Sequence record: JAHBMJ010000146.1 | Strand: one strand, 5' to 3' | Length of the DNA stretch: 32,000 bases | Shown here: one piece after another, positions 1 to 8,980 of the stretch | Position numbering within the stretch: position 1 is the first letter of the stretch | Layout: each line of letters starts with the position of its first letter | Program-made: the position numbers and the translations under genes | The notes under the pieces: model-generated | Told to the model about the DNA's origin: nothing | What the model saw: the letters and a program-made list of their open reading frames with translations, nothing else | The model's database searches: none

Positions 1-1164
1 GCGCTGCCCGAAGACGTGCTGAGCGGCACGGCGGAGACGGTGGCCGCGCCGGCGTCCGCGCCCGTCCAGGCGCATCCGTCACCCGCCGGGATGGACCGGT
101 TCGGCGCCATGCTGCGGGCGGCCGAGCGGCCGCTTCTCATCGCCGGCGGGCCGGGCTGGGATGCCGGTCTCGTCGACCGGTTCGTCGCCTTCGCCGAGCG
201 CTGGGCGCTGCCGGTCTCTTGCGCGTTCCGGGCCCAGGACCGGTTCCCGAACACCCATCGGAACTATGCCGGCGACGCCGGCCTCGGCATCAATCCGGCC
301 CTTGCCGAACGGATCGGCCGATCCGATCTGGTGATCGCGCTCGGCGCCCGGCTCGGCGATTGCACGACCTCGGGCTACACGCTGTTCGACAGCCCGGTGC
401 CGAAGCAGCCGCTCGTCCACATCCATCCCGAACCGGACGAACTCGGCCATGTCTATCGGCCGACGCTGCCGATCGCCGCGAGCGTCGGCGCGTTCATCGA
501 AGCGGCTGGGACGCTCGATGCGCCGGCCGATCCGGTCTGGGCGGACTGGACGAAGCAAGCGAACGCCGCCTATCGCGCCTGGAGCGACGCGGCGACGCCG
601 ATGCCCGGCGCGGTCAACTGGGGTGAAGCGGTGATCTGGCTGCGCGAGAACCTGCCCGCCGACGCGATCCTGACGAACGGGGCGGGCAACTATGCCGCCT
701 GGCTGCACCGCTTCTATCGGCACCGGGCCTACCGGACGCAACTGGCGCCGACCTCCGGCTCGATGGGATACGGCCTGCCGGCCGCGATCGCCGCCAAGCT
801 GGCCGCGCCTGACCGGACGGTGATCGCGCTTGCCGGTGATGGCTGCCTGCAGATGACGGTGCAGGAACTGGGCACGCTGGCCGAGGCGGACCTCGCCATC
901 ATCGTGCTGGTCGTCAACAATTCCATGTACGGCACCATCCGCATGCATCAGGAGATGCACTATCCGGGCCGGGTCTCCGGCACGTCGCTGGTCAATCCGG
1001 ACTTCGTCGCGCTGGTAAGGGCCTATGGGCTCAAGGGCGAGCGCGTGGAGACGACCGGGCAGTTCGGGCCGGCCATGCAGCGCGCGCTTGCAGCCGACAA
1101 GGCCACGCTGATCGAGATCGTCACCGATCCGCGCGCGCTCAGCCCGACACGGGTGATGGAGTAG
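1..1164 (+). CDS. Thiamine-pyrophosphate-dependent enzyme, acetolactate-synthase-large-subunit-like (C-terminal part; 5' end lies outside the window)
   Basis: Frame 1 is open from base 1 (track ORF 16..1164 is in the same frame). TPP-binding signature GSMGYGLPAAIAAKL...IALAGDGCLQM...VVNNSMYGTIRMHQE (GDG-x-NN). High GC3 codon usage. Confidence 0.85.
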   Translation, partial: ALPEDVLSGTAETVAAPASAPVQAHPSPAGMDRFGAMLRAAERPLLIAGGPGWDAGLVDRFVAFAERWALPVSCAFRAQDRFPNTHRNYAGDAGLGINPALAERIGRSDLVIALGARLGDCTTSGYTLFDSPVPKQPLVHIHPEPDELGHVYRPTLPIAASVGAFIEAAGTLDAPADPVWADWTKQANAAYRAWSDAATPMPGAVNWGEAVIWLRENLPADAILTNGAGNYAAWLHRFYRHRAYRTQLAPTSGSMGYGLPAAIAAKLAAPDRTVIALAGDGCLQMTVQELGTLAEADLAIIVLVVNNSMYGTIRMHQEMHYPGRVSGTSLVNPDFVALVRAYGLKGERVETTGQFGPAMQRALAADKATLIEIVTDPRALSPTRVME

Positions 1165-1302
1165 AGCGCGAGCGCCGATCGACGATCACGCAAAGGCGCG
1201 GAGCGCGCGGCTCGACGAAGATCAAGGGCGTGGAGGTGAGATGGGAAACCTCGAACCGTAACCTGAGCGCCGGGTTGGCCGGCGACGGCGCGCGTCCGGA
1301 AA

Positions 1303-1378
<76 letters not shown>

Positions 1379-1455
1379 TAAAAGGATGGTCCGCCTCGAG
1401 GTGGCGCGGACCGGCGCTCGATACAATCTCGAGGCGCCCTAATCAAGGCCTTTAT

Positions 1456-1481
1456 CGCGGTCGGCGGGGGGGCCGGCCGCG
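1456..1481 (-). terminator. Possible stem-loop terminator downstream of the TIGR02300-family gene
   Basis: CGCGGTCGG / CCGGCCGCG arms (one G-T position) around a G-rich loop. On the minus strand it is followed by ATAAAGG rather than a clean U-tract. Confidence 0.3.
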
Positions 1482-1495
1482 GTCAGGCCCGAGCG

Positions 1496-1915
1496 TCAAT
1501 CATCGTCATCGTCGTTGATGTCGACGATGCCGCTGACGTCGTCGTCATCATCGTCGTCATCGTCGGGAAGGAAGGTGTCGTCGTCGGACTCGTCCTCGTC
1601 GAGCACCTCGTCATCCTCGCTCTCGTCGAGATCGGGCAGCTTCTCGGAGGCCGGCGCGGTCTCCTCGTCGGCTTCCTCGAGCGACAGCACTTCGGGGCCC
1701 TCGGTCTCCGCATCGTCCTCGGTTTCCTTTTCGGTCGTCGCCGCTTCGGTCTCTTCGGCCTTCTCCTCGATCGGGTCCGAGCCGGGGTCTTCGAAGAAGG
1801 ACAGCGGATAGCTCTTGCCCGTATAGGGCGAGACGATCGGGTCCTTGTTCAGATCGTAGAATTTGCGTCCCGTTTCCGGGCAAACGCGCTTGGTTCCAAG
1901 TTCTGGTTTCGCCAC
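1496..1915 (-). CDS. TIGR02300 (FYDLN_acid) family protein of unknown function, with an extremely acidic C-terminal tail
   Basis: GTG start at 1915 is preceded by GAAGGGG 7 nt upstream. N-terminus is VAKPELGTKRVCPETGRKFYDLNKDPIVSPYTGKSY, carrying the family [KR]FYDLN motif. The C-terminal half is roughly half Asp/Glu and ends DDDDDDDDDVSGIVDINDDDDD. The track ORF 1496..2080 extends upstream without support. Confidence 0.8.
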   Translation of the reverse strand: MAKPELGTKRVCPETGRKFYDLNKDPIVSPYTGKSYPLSFFEDPGSDPIEEKAEETEAATTEKETEDDAETEGPEVLSLEEADEETAPASEKLPDLDESEDDEVLDEDESDDDTFLPDDDDDDDDDVSGIVDINDDDDD

Positions 1916-2153
1916 GGCCGGGCCCCTTCGAGTCGTCGTCAAGAATCGTGGATTGCGCAGGAAGTCGATGCGCGCCTGTATGGTCAGGCCTTTCAGGGTG
2001 GACCGGTGCATAACGGCAAGCGACCACACTGTCAAAGCCAATTCGTGACGCCAATTGGGGCCATTTCGCCAAGGCTTCAACCCCTGCGCACCGGGCTTTT
2101 GCGGCCCGTGGTTTGACGCGCCGCCCCCGCTGGCCTATGCGCGGCCGACCGCC

Positions 2154-2807
2154 ATGCGCCAGCCCAAGATGACCGCATCCGACAACCATCTCGATATCGT
2201 CCTTGCCGGCCTCGCCGCCGGCCGCACCCTGCTGCAGTCGTCCCGGTCCGGCGATCGTCCGCTGCTCGAGGCGATGGCGGCGCTCGGCGCCCGGATCGAA
2301 CGGACGGACGCGGGCATCGCGGTGACCGGCGCCGGCAATGGCTGTCTGCTCGAGCCGGTGACGACGCTTGCTCTTGAAGATGCCGATGCCGCGCTTCTGG
2401 TGGCGGGCCTTGTCGCGCCCTATGACATGGCCTCGCGCATCGCCTGCCGGTCGGCCCTGCCGGACGCCGAACGTGACGCGCTTCTTGCCGCGACCGCCGC
2501 GATGGGCATTCAGGCCAGCGCACCGGACGCCGAGACCATCGTGCTCGCCGGCCAGGCCTCGGCGGTGCCGGCGCGCCATGCCTGTGCGAGCTGGAGCGAG
2601 ACGGTGCTGCGGGCAATCGCGCTTGCGGCGCTGAACACGCCGGGGATCACGCGGCTCGAAGGCGAGGGCGCAGCGCCGACCGGGCTCGCCCGGCGCCTCG
2701 GTGCCTTCGGCGCGCAATGCCGGATCGACGACTGCGACGGCGGCTGGTCGCTCGCCGTGACCGGCCAGTGCGTGCTGCGTGCCGCCGAAGCGGAGAGCGC
2801 GTCATGA
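2154..2807 (+). CDS. EPSP-synthase (AroA)-like protein, half length and lacking the catalytic motifs; sits at the syntenic aroA position
   Basis: By eye it aligns to roughly residues 30-250 of class II EPSPS as I remember it: ...[10 protein letters not shown]..., ...[10 protein letters not shown]..., ...[11 protein letters not shown].... The GDKS, GNAATG, KRPMGR and RDHTE equivalents are replaced. The stop overlaps the cmk start as ATGA at 2804-2807. The start is uncertain (TTG 2055, ATG 2154 or ATG 2169) and none has a clear SD. Confidence 0.55.
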   Translation: MRQPKMTASDNHLDIVLAGLAAGRTLLQSSRSGDRPLLEAMAALGARIERTDAGIAVTGAGNGCLLEPVTTLALEDADAALLVAGLVAPYDMASRIACRSALPDAERDALLAATAAMGIQASAPDAETIVLAGQASAVPARHACASWSETVLRAIALAALNTPGITRLEGEGAAPTGLARRLGAFGAQCRIDDCDGGWSLAVTGQCVLRAAEAESAS

Positions 2808-3439
2808 TGCCGGTGATCGCGATCGACGGTCCCGCCGCCTCGGGCAAGGGCACGCTCGCCCGGCGGATCGCCGCCCATTACGGGTTGCGGCATCTCGATA
2901 CGGGGCTGACCTATCGGGCGGTCGCGCATGCGCTGCTGGCGGCCGATGCGCCGCTCGACGACGAGGCGCGTGCGATCGAGGCCGCCGAAACGCTCGACCT
3001 TGCCGCGATGGATCGCACGATCCTCGCCGATCACGGCGTCGGCGAGGCGGCTTCCCGCATCGCGGTCATGCCCGGCGTGCGGCGGGCGCTGGTCGCCCGC
3101 CAGCGCGCCTTTGCCGCGACACCGCCGGGCGCGGTGCTGGACGGCCGCGACATCGGCACGGTCGTCTGCCCGGACGCGCCGGTGAAGCTCTACGTCACCG
3201 CCGGCGCGCCCGAACGGGCCAGACGCCGCTATCACGAGATCCTGGCAGGCGGCGGCGAGGCGGACGAGGCGGCGATCCTCGCCGACATCGAGCGGCGCGA
3301 CGCGCGCGACATGGGACGCTCGGACTCGCCGCTGCGGCCGGCGAACGACGCGCACTTGCTTGACACCTCCGATATGACTATAGAAGCGGCGTTCCAGGCC
3401 GCCCGCGCGATCATAGACCGGGCGCTGGACCGTATTTGA
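2804..3439 (+). CDS. cmk: Cytidylate kinase
   Basis: [24 protein letters not shown]-loop, LDTGLTYRA and [10 protein letters not shown] motifs. ATGA overlap with the upstream ORF. Canonical position immediately upstream of rpsA. Confidence 0.92.
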   Translation: MMPVIAIDGPAASGKGTLARRIAAHYGLRHLDTGLTYRAVAHALLAADAPLDDEARAIEAAETLDLAAMDRTILADHGVGEAASRIAVMPGVRRALVARQRAFAATPPGAVLDGRDIGTVVCPDAPVKLYVTAGAPERARRRYHEILAGGGEADEAAILADIERRDARDMGRSDSPLRPANDAHLLDTSDMTIEAAFQAARAIIDRALDRI

Positions 3440-3569
3440 ACCCGTCAGCGACGACCCCGCGCCGGACGGCCCGCTTGGGCCCGGATCGACCGTTGGCAGA
3501 GAAAACCCGAACCCCGGCGCCCGCGCGTGACGCGATCCGAGCAGCATCGCCCGCGCACCAGGAGCATCA

Positions 3570-5276
3570 ATGTCAGAACTGAACCCCACGCGGGAGGACT
3601 TCGCCAGCCTCCTCGAATCCTCGTTTGCCAGCCAGGATGCGGCCGAGGGACGTGTCGTCGAAGGCACGATCACGGCCATCGAGAAGGACATGGCCATCGT
3701 CGATGTCGGCCTTAAGGTCGAAGGGCGCATCGCACTCAAGGAATTCGGAGCGAAAGCCAAGGACGGCACGCTCAATGTCGGCGACACGGTCGAGGTCTAT
3801 GTCGAGCGCGTCGAGAACGCGCTGGGCGAAGCCGTCCTGTCGCGCGACAAGGCCCGGCGCGAGGAAGCCTGGGTCAAGCTCGAAGCCAAGTTCAACAATG
3901 GCGAACGGGTCGAAGGCCACATCTTCAACCAGGTCAAGGGCGGCTTCACCGTCGATCTGGACGGCGCCGTGGCGTTCCTGCCGCGCTCGCAGGTCGACAT
4001 CCGCCCGATCCGCGACGTCACGCCGCTGATGCACACGCCGCAGCCGTTCGAGATCCTGAAGATGGACAAGCGCCGCGGCAACATCGTCGTGTCGCGCCGC
4101 ACCGTGCTCGAGGAAAGCCGCGCCGAACAGCGCTCGGAGATCGTCCAGAACCTCGAAGAGGGCCAGGTCGTCGAGGGCGTGGTCAAGAACATCACCGACT
4201 ATGGCGCGTTCGTGGACCTTGGCGGCATCGACGGGCTGCTGCACGTCACCGACATGGCATGGCGCCGGGTGAACCATCCGACCGAGATCCTGCAGATCGG
4301 CCAGACCGTGAAGGTGCAGATCATCCGCATCAACCAGGAGACGCACCGCATCTCGCTGGGCATGAAACAGCTCGAGGCCGACCCCTGGGAAGGCATCGGT
4401 ACGAAGTATCCGATGGGCGTGAAGATCACCGGCCGGGTCACCAACATCACCGACTATGGCGCGTTCGTCGAGGTCGAGCCGGGCATCGAGGGTCTGATCC
4501 ACGTCTCCGAAATGTCTTGGACCAAGAAGAACGTTCATCCGGGCAAGATCCTGTCGACCAGCCAGGAAGTCGAGGTGGTCGTGCTCGAGGTCGATCCGGA
4601 CAAGCGCCGCATCTCGCTCGGCCTCAAGCAGACGCTCAACAACCCCTGGGAAGAGTTCGCGCAGAACCATCCGGTCGGCGACGTCGTCGAGGGCGAGGTC
4701 AAGAACAAGACCGAGTTCGGCCTGTTCATCGGCCTTGATGGCGATGTCGACGGCATGGTCCACCTGTCTGATCTCGACTGGAACCGTTCCGGCGAGGACG
4801 CCATCGAGGACTATCACAAGGGCGACACGGTCAAGGCCGTGGTGCTCGACGTCGATGTCGACAAGGAGCGCATCTCGCTGGGCATCAAGCAGCTGACCAA
4901 GGATGCGATCGCCGATGCGGCCGCTTCGGGCACGCTGCGCAAGGGCGCCGTCGTCACCTGCGAAGTGACCGGCATCACCGACGGCGGTATCGAGGTCAAG
5001 CTGGTCGATCACGATCTGGACAGCTTCATCCGCCGGTCGGACCTGTCGCGCGACCGCGACGAGCAGCGCCCCGAGCGCTTCTCGGTGGGCCAGCGTCTGG
5101 ACGCCCGCGTCACCCAGTTCAACAAGAAGGACCGCCGGGTTTCGGTCTCCATCAAGGCGCTGGAAATCGCCGAGGAGAAGGAAGCGGTGGCGCAGTTCGG
5201 CTCGACCGACTCGGGCGCCTCGCTCGGCGACATTCTGGGCGCCGCGCTCAAGAAGCAGGACGAAGGCGACAATTAA
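3570..5276 (+). CDS. rpsA: 30S ribosomal protein S1
   Basis: 568 aa with six S1 repeats (repeated ...G.V..IT.YGAFV.L..GI.GL.H.S.... units). AGGAG lies 5 nt upstream of the ATG. Confidence 0.97.
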   Translation: MSELNPTREDFASLLESSFASQDAAEGRVVEGTITAIEKDMAIVDVGLKVEGRIALKEFGAKAKDGTLNVGDTVEVYVERVENALGEAVLSRDKARREEAWVKLEAKFNNGERVEGHIFNQVKGGFTVDLDGAVAFLPRSQVDIRPIRDVTPLMHTPQPFEILKMDKRRGNIVVSRRTVLEESRAEQRSEIVQNLEEGQVVEGVVKNITDYGAFVDLGGIDGLLHVTDMAWRRVNHPTEILQIGQTVKVQIIRINQETHRISLGMKQLEADPWEGIGTKYPMGVKITGRVTNITDYGAFVEVEPGIEGLIHVSEMSWTKKNVHPGKILSTSQEVEVVVLEVDPDKRRISLGLKQTLNNPWEEFAQNHPVGDVVEGEVKNKTEFGLFIGLDGDVDGMVHLSDLDWNRSGEDAIEDYHKGDTVKAVVLDVDVDKERISLGIKQLTKDAIADAAASGTLRKGAVVTCEVTGITDGGIEVKLVDHDLDSFIRRSDLSRDRDEQRPERFSVGQRLDARVTQFNKKDRRVSVSIKALEIAEEKEAVAQFGSTDSGASLGDILGAALKKQDEGDN

Positions 5277-5305
5277 GCCGCCCCGTCCCACCACCATCCT
5301 CAGAG

Positions 5306-5336
5306 CCCGCCGGTCGCCCGACCGGCGGGTTTTTTT
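5306..5336 (+). terminator. Rho-independent terminator of rpsA
   Basis: Perfect 10-bp stem CCCGCCGGTC / GACCGGCGGG with a 4-nt loop GCCC, followed by seven T, 30 nt after the rpsA stop. Confidence 0.88.
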
Positions 5337-5398
5337 CGGCCTCGACAGAGCCGGCCCGGCTGCTATTTCTCGACGGGTCGGAACGAACGGGGAGCGCC

Positions 5399-5728
5399 AT
5401 GCTCAAGGCGCCGCAACTGCGCAAGCTGGCCAATGGCGAGGCGACGATCGACGCGTTCGCCTACGAGGCGGCCCAGGAGACGGCCGCAGCGCTCGGCCGC
5501 GCCGGCAAGAAGCTGGAGGCCGCGCTCGCCGCGCTCGAGCGGCACGACGCCACGCCCGGCGCCAACCGCGACCGGACCGAGCTGGTGCAGGAGGCGGCCG
5601 ATTGCGCGTGGGCGCTGTTCATCCAGCGGGACTTTCTGGGCCTGAAGTCCGACCATCACCTGACGCGGACCTATCGCATCCCCGACGAGGTGATGCGCCG
5701 CGTCGGCATCGTCAAAAGGCGGGATTAG
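5399..5728 (+). CDS. Conserved hypothetical protein (109 aa)
   Basis: High GC3 and GGGGAG just upstream of the ATG. No motif I can assign. The stop codon overlaps the stop of the convergent HAD gene. Confidence 0.6.
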   Translation: MLKAPQLRKLANGEATIDAFAYEAAQETAAALGRAGKKLEAALAALERHDATPGANRDRTELVQEAADCAWALFIQRDFLGLKSDHHLTRTYRIPDEVMRRVGIVKRRD

Positions 5729-6414
5729 GCGACAAGCGCGCCAGTATTTTCCGAAAGCCAGTCGGCGAGTTCGGCATGGCTGGCGACGACCATGTCCGCG
5801 CCGGCATCGCGCAGTTGCGCGCCCGACTTGTCGGACCAGTGGCCCCCGCCGGTGAAGCCGATGACGAACTGTCCGGCCGCCCTGGCCCCGCGCACGCCGT
5901 TGGCGCTGTCCTCGACCGTGATGCAGTCGCCCGGCGAAGACCCCATCCTGCGGGCGGCCAGTTCGAAAAGGTCCGGCGAAGGCTTGCCGTTTTCGACCAT
6001 GTCGCCCGAGAAGACGTTTTCGCCGAAGAAGCGGTCCAGCCCGGCGCGCTCGAGCTTGAGCGGCAGGAACGGCATCTGCGTCGACGAGGCGACGCAGCGC
6101 GGCGCGGTCATGCGCCGAAGAAGCGCGTCGACCCCCTCGATCGGCCGCACGTCCTCGATCACGCGGCGGCGCGACTCGCTCTTGAGCGCGACATAGTCGT
6201 CGTCGGTCAGCGGCGCGCCGGTCCTTTCGAGCAAGAGGTCCGACAATTGGCGGCGCCACTTGTCGGCCGCCAGCGCCATGAAGGCGCCGACATACCAGTC
6301 GCGGTCGACGCTGACCCCCTTGGCGGCCAGAAAGCCCAGTTCGACCTGCAGGTAGACCGCTTCGCTGTCGATGAGCACGCCATCGCAGTCGAAGATCATA
6401 AGCGGATTGTCCAT
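5725..6414 (-). CDS. HAD-superfamily (subfamily IA) phosphatase
   Basis: N-terminal MIFDCDGVLIDSE (DxDG nucleophile motif), ...VASSTQ..., ...GKPSPD... and ...VEDSANGVRGARAAG... motifs. Confidence 0.85.
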   Translation of the reverse strand: MDNPLMIFDCDGVLIDSEAVYLQVELGFLAAKGVSVDRDWYVGAFMALAADKWRRQLSDLLLERTGAPLTDDDYVALKSESRRRVIEDVRPIEGVDALLRRMTAPRCVASSTQMPFLPLKLERAGLDRFFGENVFSGDMVENGKPSPDLFELAARRMGSSPGDCITVEDSANGVRGARAAGQFVIGFTGGGHWSDKSGAQLRDAGADMVVASHAELADWLSENTGALVA

Positions 6415-6425
6415 CGAAGAACGCC

Positions 6426-7079
6426 TCAGCTGTGCGCGAAGATGTCCTCGTCGGGCCAGCCCATCAGATCGAGCCGGGCGCGGGTGGGCAGGAAGCGGAA
6501 GCAGGCGTCAGCCTCGCGGGTGCGTCCTTCCCGTTCGAGCCGGAACACCAGCGCGTCCATCAGCGCGTGCAGGTGCAGCACATCGCTCGCCGCGTAGGCG
6601 AGTTGCGCGTCGGTGAGCGTCCCGGCCGCCCAGTCGGACGATTGCTGCTGCTTGGAGATCTCGACATCGAGCAGTTCGCGGACCAGATCCTTGAGCCCGT
6701 GCCGGTCGGTATAGGTGCGGGTCAGCTTGGAGGCGATCTTGGTGCAGAAGACCGGCTGGGTCGACACGCCGAAGGCCTTTTCGAGCACGGCGATGTCGAA
6801 CCGGCCGAAGTGGAAGATCTTGGTCCTCTTGCGGTCGCGCAGGAGCCGGACGAGGTTGGGGGCGCGCTTCTGGCCGCTGGCGATCTGGATCACGTCGGCG
6901 GTGCCGTCGCCGGGCGAAAGCTGGACCACGCACAGACGGTCGCGGTGCGGATTGAGCCCGAGCGTTTCGGTGTCGATGGCGATCCGGTCGCCGTAGCGCG
7001 CGACCGCGTCCTCGCTCAGATCGCCCCTGTGCAGCCTGATCGCCCCGCTCGCACCGCCACTTGCCCCACCACTTGCCAT
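6426..7079 (-). CDS. Short RNase D-like 3'-5' exonuclease (DEDDy family)
   Basis: IAIDTETLGL (DxE), HFGRFD and YAASDVLHL (Yx3D) motifs. The ATG at 7079 is preceded by AAGGGGA. The track start at 7127 has no such support. Confidence 0.8.
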   Translation of the reverse strand: MASGGASGGASGAIRLHRGDLSEDAVARYGDRIAIDTETLGLNPHRDRLCVVQLSPGDGTADVIQIASGQKRAPNLVRLLRDRKRTKIFHFGRFDIAVLEKAFGVSTQPVFCTKIASKLTRTYTDRHGLKDLVRELLDVEISKQQQSSDWAAGTLTDAQLAYAASDVLHLHALMDALVFRLEREGRTREADACFRFLPTRARLDLMGWPDEDIFAHS

Positions 7080-7242
7080 GACCGTCCCCTTGTTCGCGTG
7101 CGCCGCTTGTATGAGCCGCCGCCGCAAAGCTCAAGGCGCGATCGCCGCGGGAAAGGGGTGTCCGATGGCCGAGGCACCTCAGCGCCGATCCTACGCGGGC
7201 GGGGCGAAGCATCAGCGATCCGGCGCGAATGGAAGTCGCCGG

Positions 7243-8193
7243 CTACGCGAAGACGATCCGGGGCAGGTAGAACGAGACCACCCAGTTGGGCGCGTCGACG
7301 ATCTCGGAGATCCGCAGGTCACCGCACACCGAGCACAAGACATAGGCGTCCTCGGGCGGCATTTGCCGCCAGGCGCCGAGATGATCGATCATGCCGGATA
7401 CCGCATCGCGCGCAGCGGCCATCAGGTCCGGGCCGATTCCGGTGGTCACCTCGTAGCCGGCACCGTCCAGATGGCGGGTCACCGGGCCGGGCGTCGAAAA
7501 GCGCGGAAAGCGCGGCGCGGCGTCCTTGATCAGGTCGACCCTGACCGTCAGATCCATGGCGCTCTCGATCGCCGTGCCGCACACCTCGCCATCGCCCTGC
7601 GCGGCATGGGTGTCGCCGGCCGAAAACAGCGCGCCCGCCACCTCGACCGGGAGGATCAGCTCGGTGCCGGCGGCCAGATCGCGCACGTCCATGTTGCCGC
7701 CGACACGGCGCGGCGGGATGATGGCGTGCCGGCCGGGCGCGGCAGGGGCGAGGCCGATCGTGCCGACGAAGGGCTTGAGCGGCACGCGCGCATGGGCGCC
7801 GAGCAGGGCCGGCTCGCGCGCGGCGCGGTCATGGTCCCAGAGCTGCAGATGCGGGTCGGGGAACTGGTCGGCGAGCAGGCCGAAGCCCGGAATCAGCGCG
7901 CTCCAGCCGAAGCCGGACGGGGCGAGATCGACGATCGTCACCTTCAGCGCGTCGCCCGGCTCGGCCCCGTCGACGTGAAGCGGCCCGGTAACCGGATTGA
8001 CCGCATCGGCGTCCATCGTCGCGATGTCGGCGGCCGTGCTCTGCGGCGTGTAATGGCCGCCGGCCGCATCGAGGCATTCGAGCGTGATCGTTTTGCCCGG
8101 CGCGATGCGGGCGACCGGTTCGATCGCATTGTCCCAGCCGCAATGGTGATGGGCGCTGTGGATGGTGCGCCAAGGGCCGCCGTGATCAGCCAT
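7243..8193 (-). CDS. Acetamidase/formamidase (FmdA/AmdA) family amidase
   Basis: GGNMDVRDL...LILPV...GALFSAGDTHAAQGDGEVCGTAIE core typical of the family. The start overlaps the GntR stop by 8 nt. Confidence 0.8.
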   Translation of the reverse strand: MADHGGPWRTIHSAHHHCGWDNAIEPVARIAPGKTITLECLDAAGGHYTPQSTAADIATMDADAVNPVTGPLHVDGAEPGDALKVTIVDLAPSGFGWSALIPGFGLLADQFPDPHLQLWDHDRAAREPALLGAHARVPLKPFVGTIGLAPAAPGRHAIIPPRRVGGNMDVRDLAAGTELILPVEVAGALFSAGDTHAAQGDGEVCGTAIESAMDLTVRVDLIKDAAPRFPRFSTPGPVTRHLDGAGYEVTTGIGPDLMAAARDAVSGMIDHLGAWRQMPPEDAYVLCSVCGDLRISEIVDAPNWVVSFYLPRIVFA

Positions 8194-8980
8194 TGTCGCT
8201 CCGCCCCGGCCGCGCGCGCATCGCGGCCCGTTCGAGCATATACTGTTCGGCCTCGACCATGTGCTCGTGCATGATCGCGCGGGCGGCGTCGACGTCGCGC
8301 GCCCGGATCGCGCGCAGAAGGCGGACCTGATAGTGCAGGCCGGCCTCGCGCAGGCCCGGATTGGGCTGCTGGTAGATCTGCCGGCACACCGTCATGTCGC
8401 GCAGAAGGCCGAGCATCAGAAAGGCGATCAGGCCGAACAGCCGGTTGGACGAGGTGCGCGCAAGTTCGGCGTGGAAGTCGAGTTCGGCGAGCCGCTGGCG
8501 GTATTCCTCCTCGGCCGAGGCCGGTTCGCGCTCGTAGAGCCGCACGGTGGCCCGCAGCGCCTCGAAGGCCGTCTCGGCAATGCCGGTCCGGGCGGCTTCG
8601 GCGGCGATCGCCGGTTCGATCATCTTGCGCACCGCATAGATGTCGGCGATCGAGGGCGGATCGAACACGAACAGATTGTTGAGCATGCCGAGCGCGTGGT
8701 TCTCCTCGACCGCGCTGACGAAGGCGCCGCCGCCGGGGCCGGTGCGGGTGGCGATCAGGCCCTGGAACTCGAGGATCTTCATCGCCTCGCGCAGCGTGCC
8801 GCGCGAGGCGCGCAGAGCCTCGTCGGCGAGCCATTCGGTCGGCACGCGCTCGCCGGGCTGAAGGTCCGACTGCATGATCTTGTCGCGGATGGCGTCGGCG
8901 ATCATGTCGGGCCGCTTGCGCCGGCGCGTCGGCGCGGGCGGCGGCGGCAGGTCGAGCGGCCCGGTGGCGTTGCCCGTCAT
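8186..8980 (-). CDS. GntR-family (FadR-subfamily) transcriptional regulator
   Basis: Winged-HTH segment ...LPTEWLADEALRASRGTLREAMKILEFQGLIATRTGPGGGAFV... followed by an all-helical FCD-like C-terminal domain. The ATG at 8980 forms an ATGA overlap with the upstream ATPase stop. Confidence 0.85.
   Translation of the reverse strand: MTGNATGPLDLPPPPAPTRRRKRPDMIADAIRDKIMQSDLQPGERVPTEWLADEALRASRGTLREAMKILEFQGLIATRTGPGGGAFVSAVEENHALGMLNNLFVFDPPSIADIYAVRKMIEPAIAAEAARTGIAETAFEALRATVRLYEREPASAEEEYRQRLAELDFHAELARTSSNRLFGLIAFLMLGLLRDMTVCRQIYQQPNPGLREAGLHYQVRLLRAIRARDVDAARAIMHEHMVEAEQYMLERAAMRARPGRSDNG

Noticed and set aside
1241-1261. Six-codon mini-ORF MGNLEP preceded by GGAGGTGAG
   Set aside because: It is very short and lies in the tRNA 3' flank on the opposite strand, with no downstream gene to regulate. 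It is most likely a chance SD-like match.
1515-1811. 98-aa poly-serine ORF on the plus strand
   Set aside because: It is the mirror image of the GAC/GAG-rich acidic tail of the TIGR02300 gene. It is a low-complexity artefact, not a gene.
3573-5297. 574-aa minus-strand ORF opposite rpsA, plus the many nested ORFs in 3600-5300
   Set aside because: rpsA on the plus strand is unambiguous. The antisense frame is an open shadow frame without SD or motifs.
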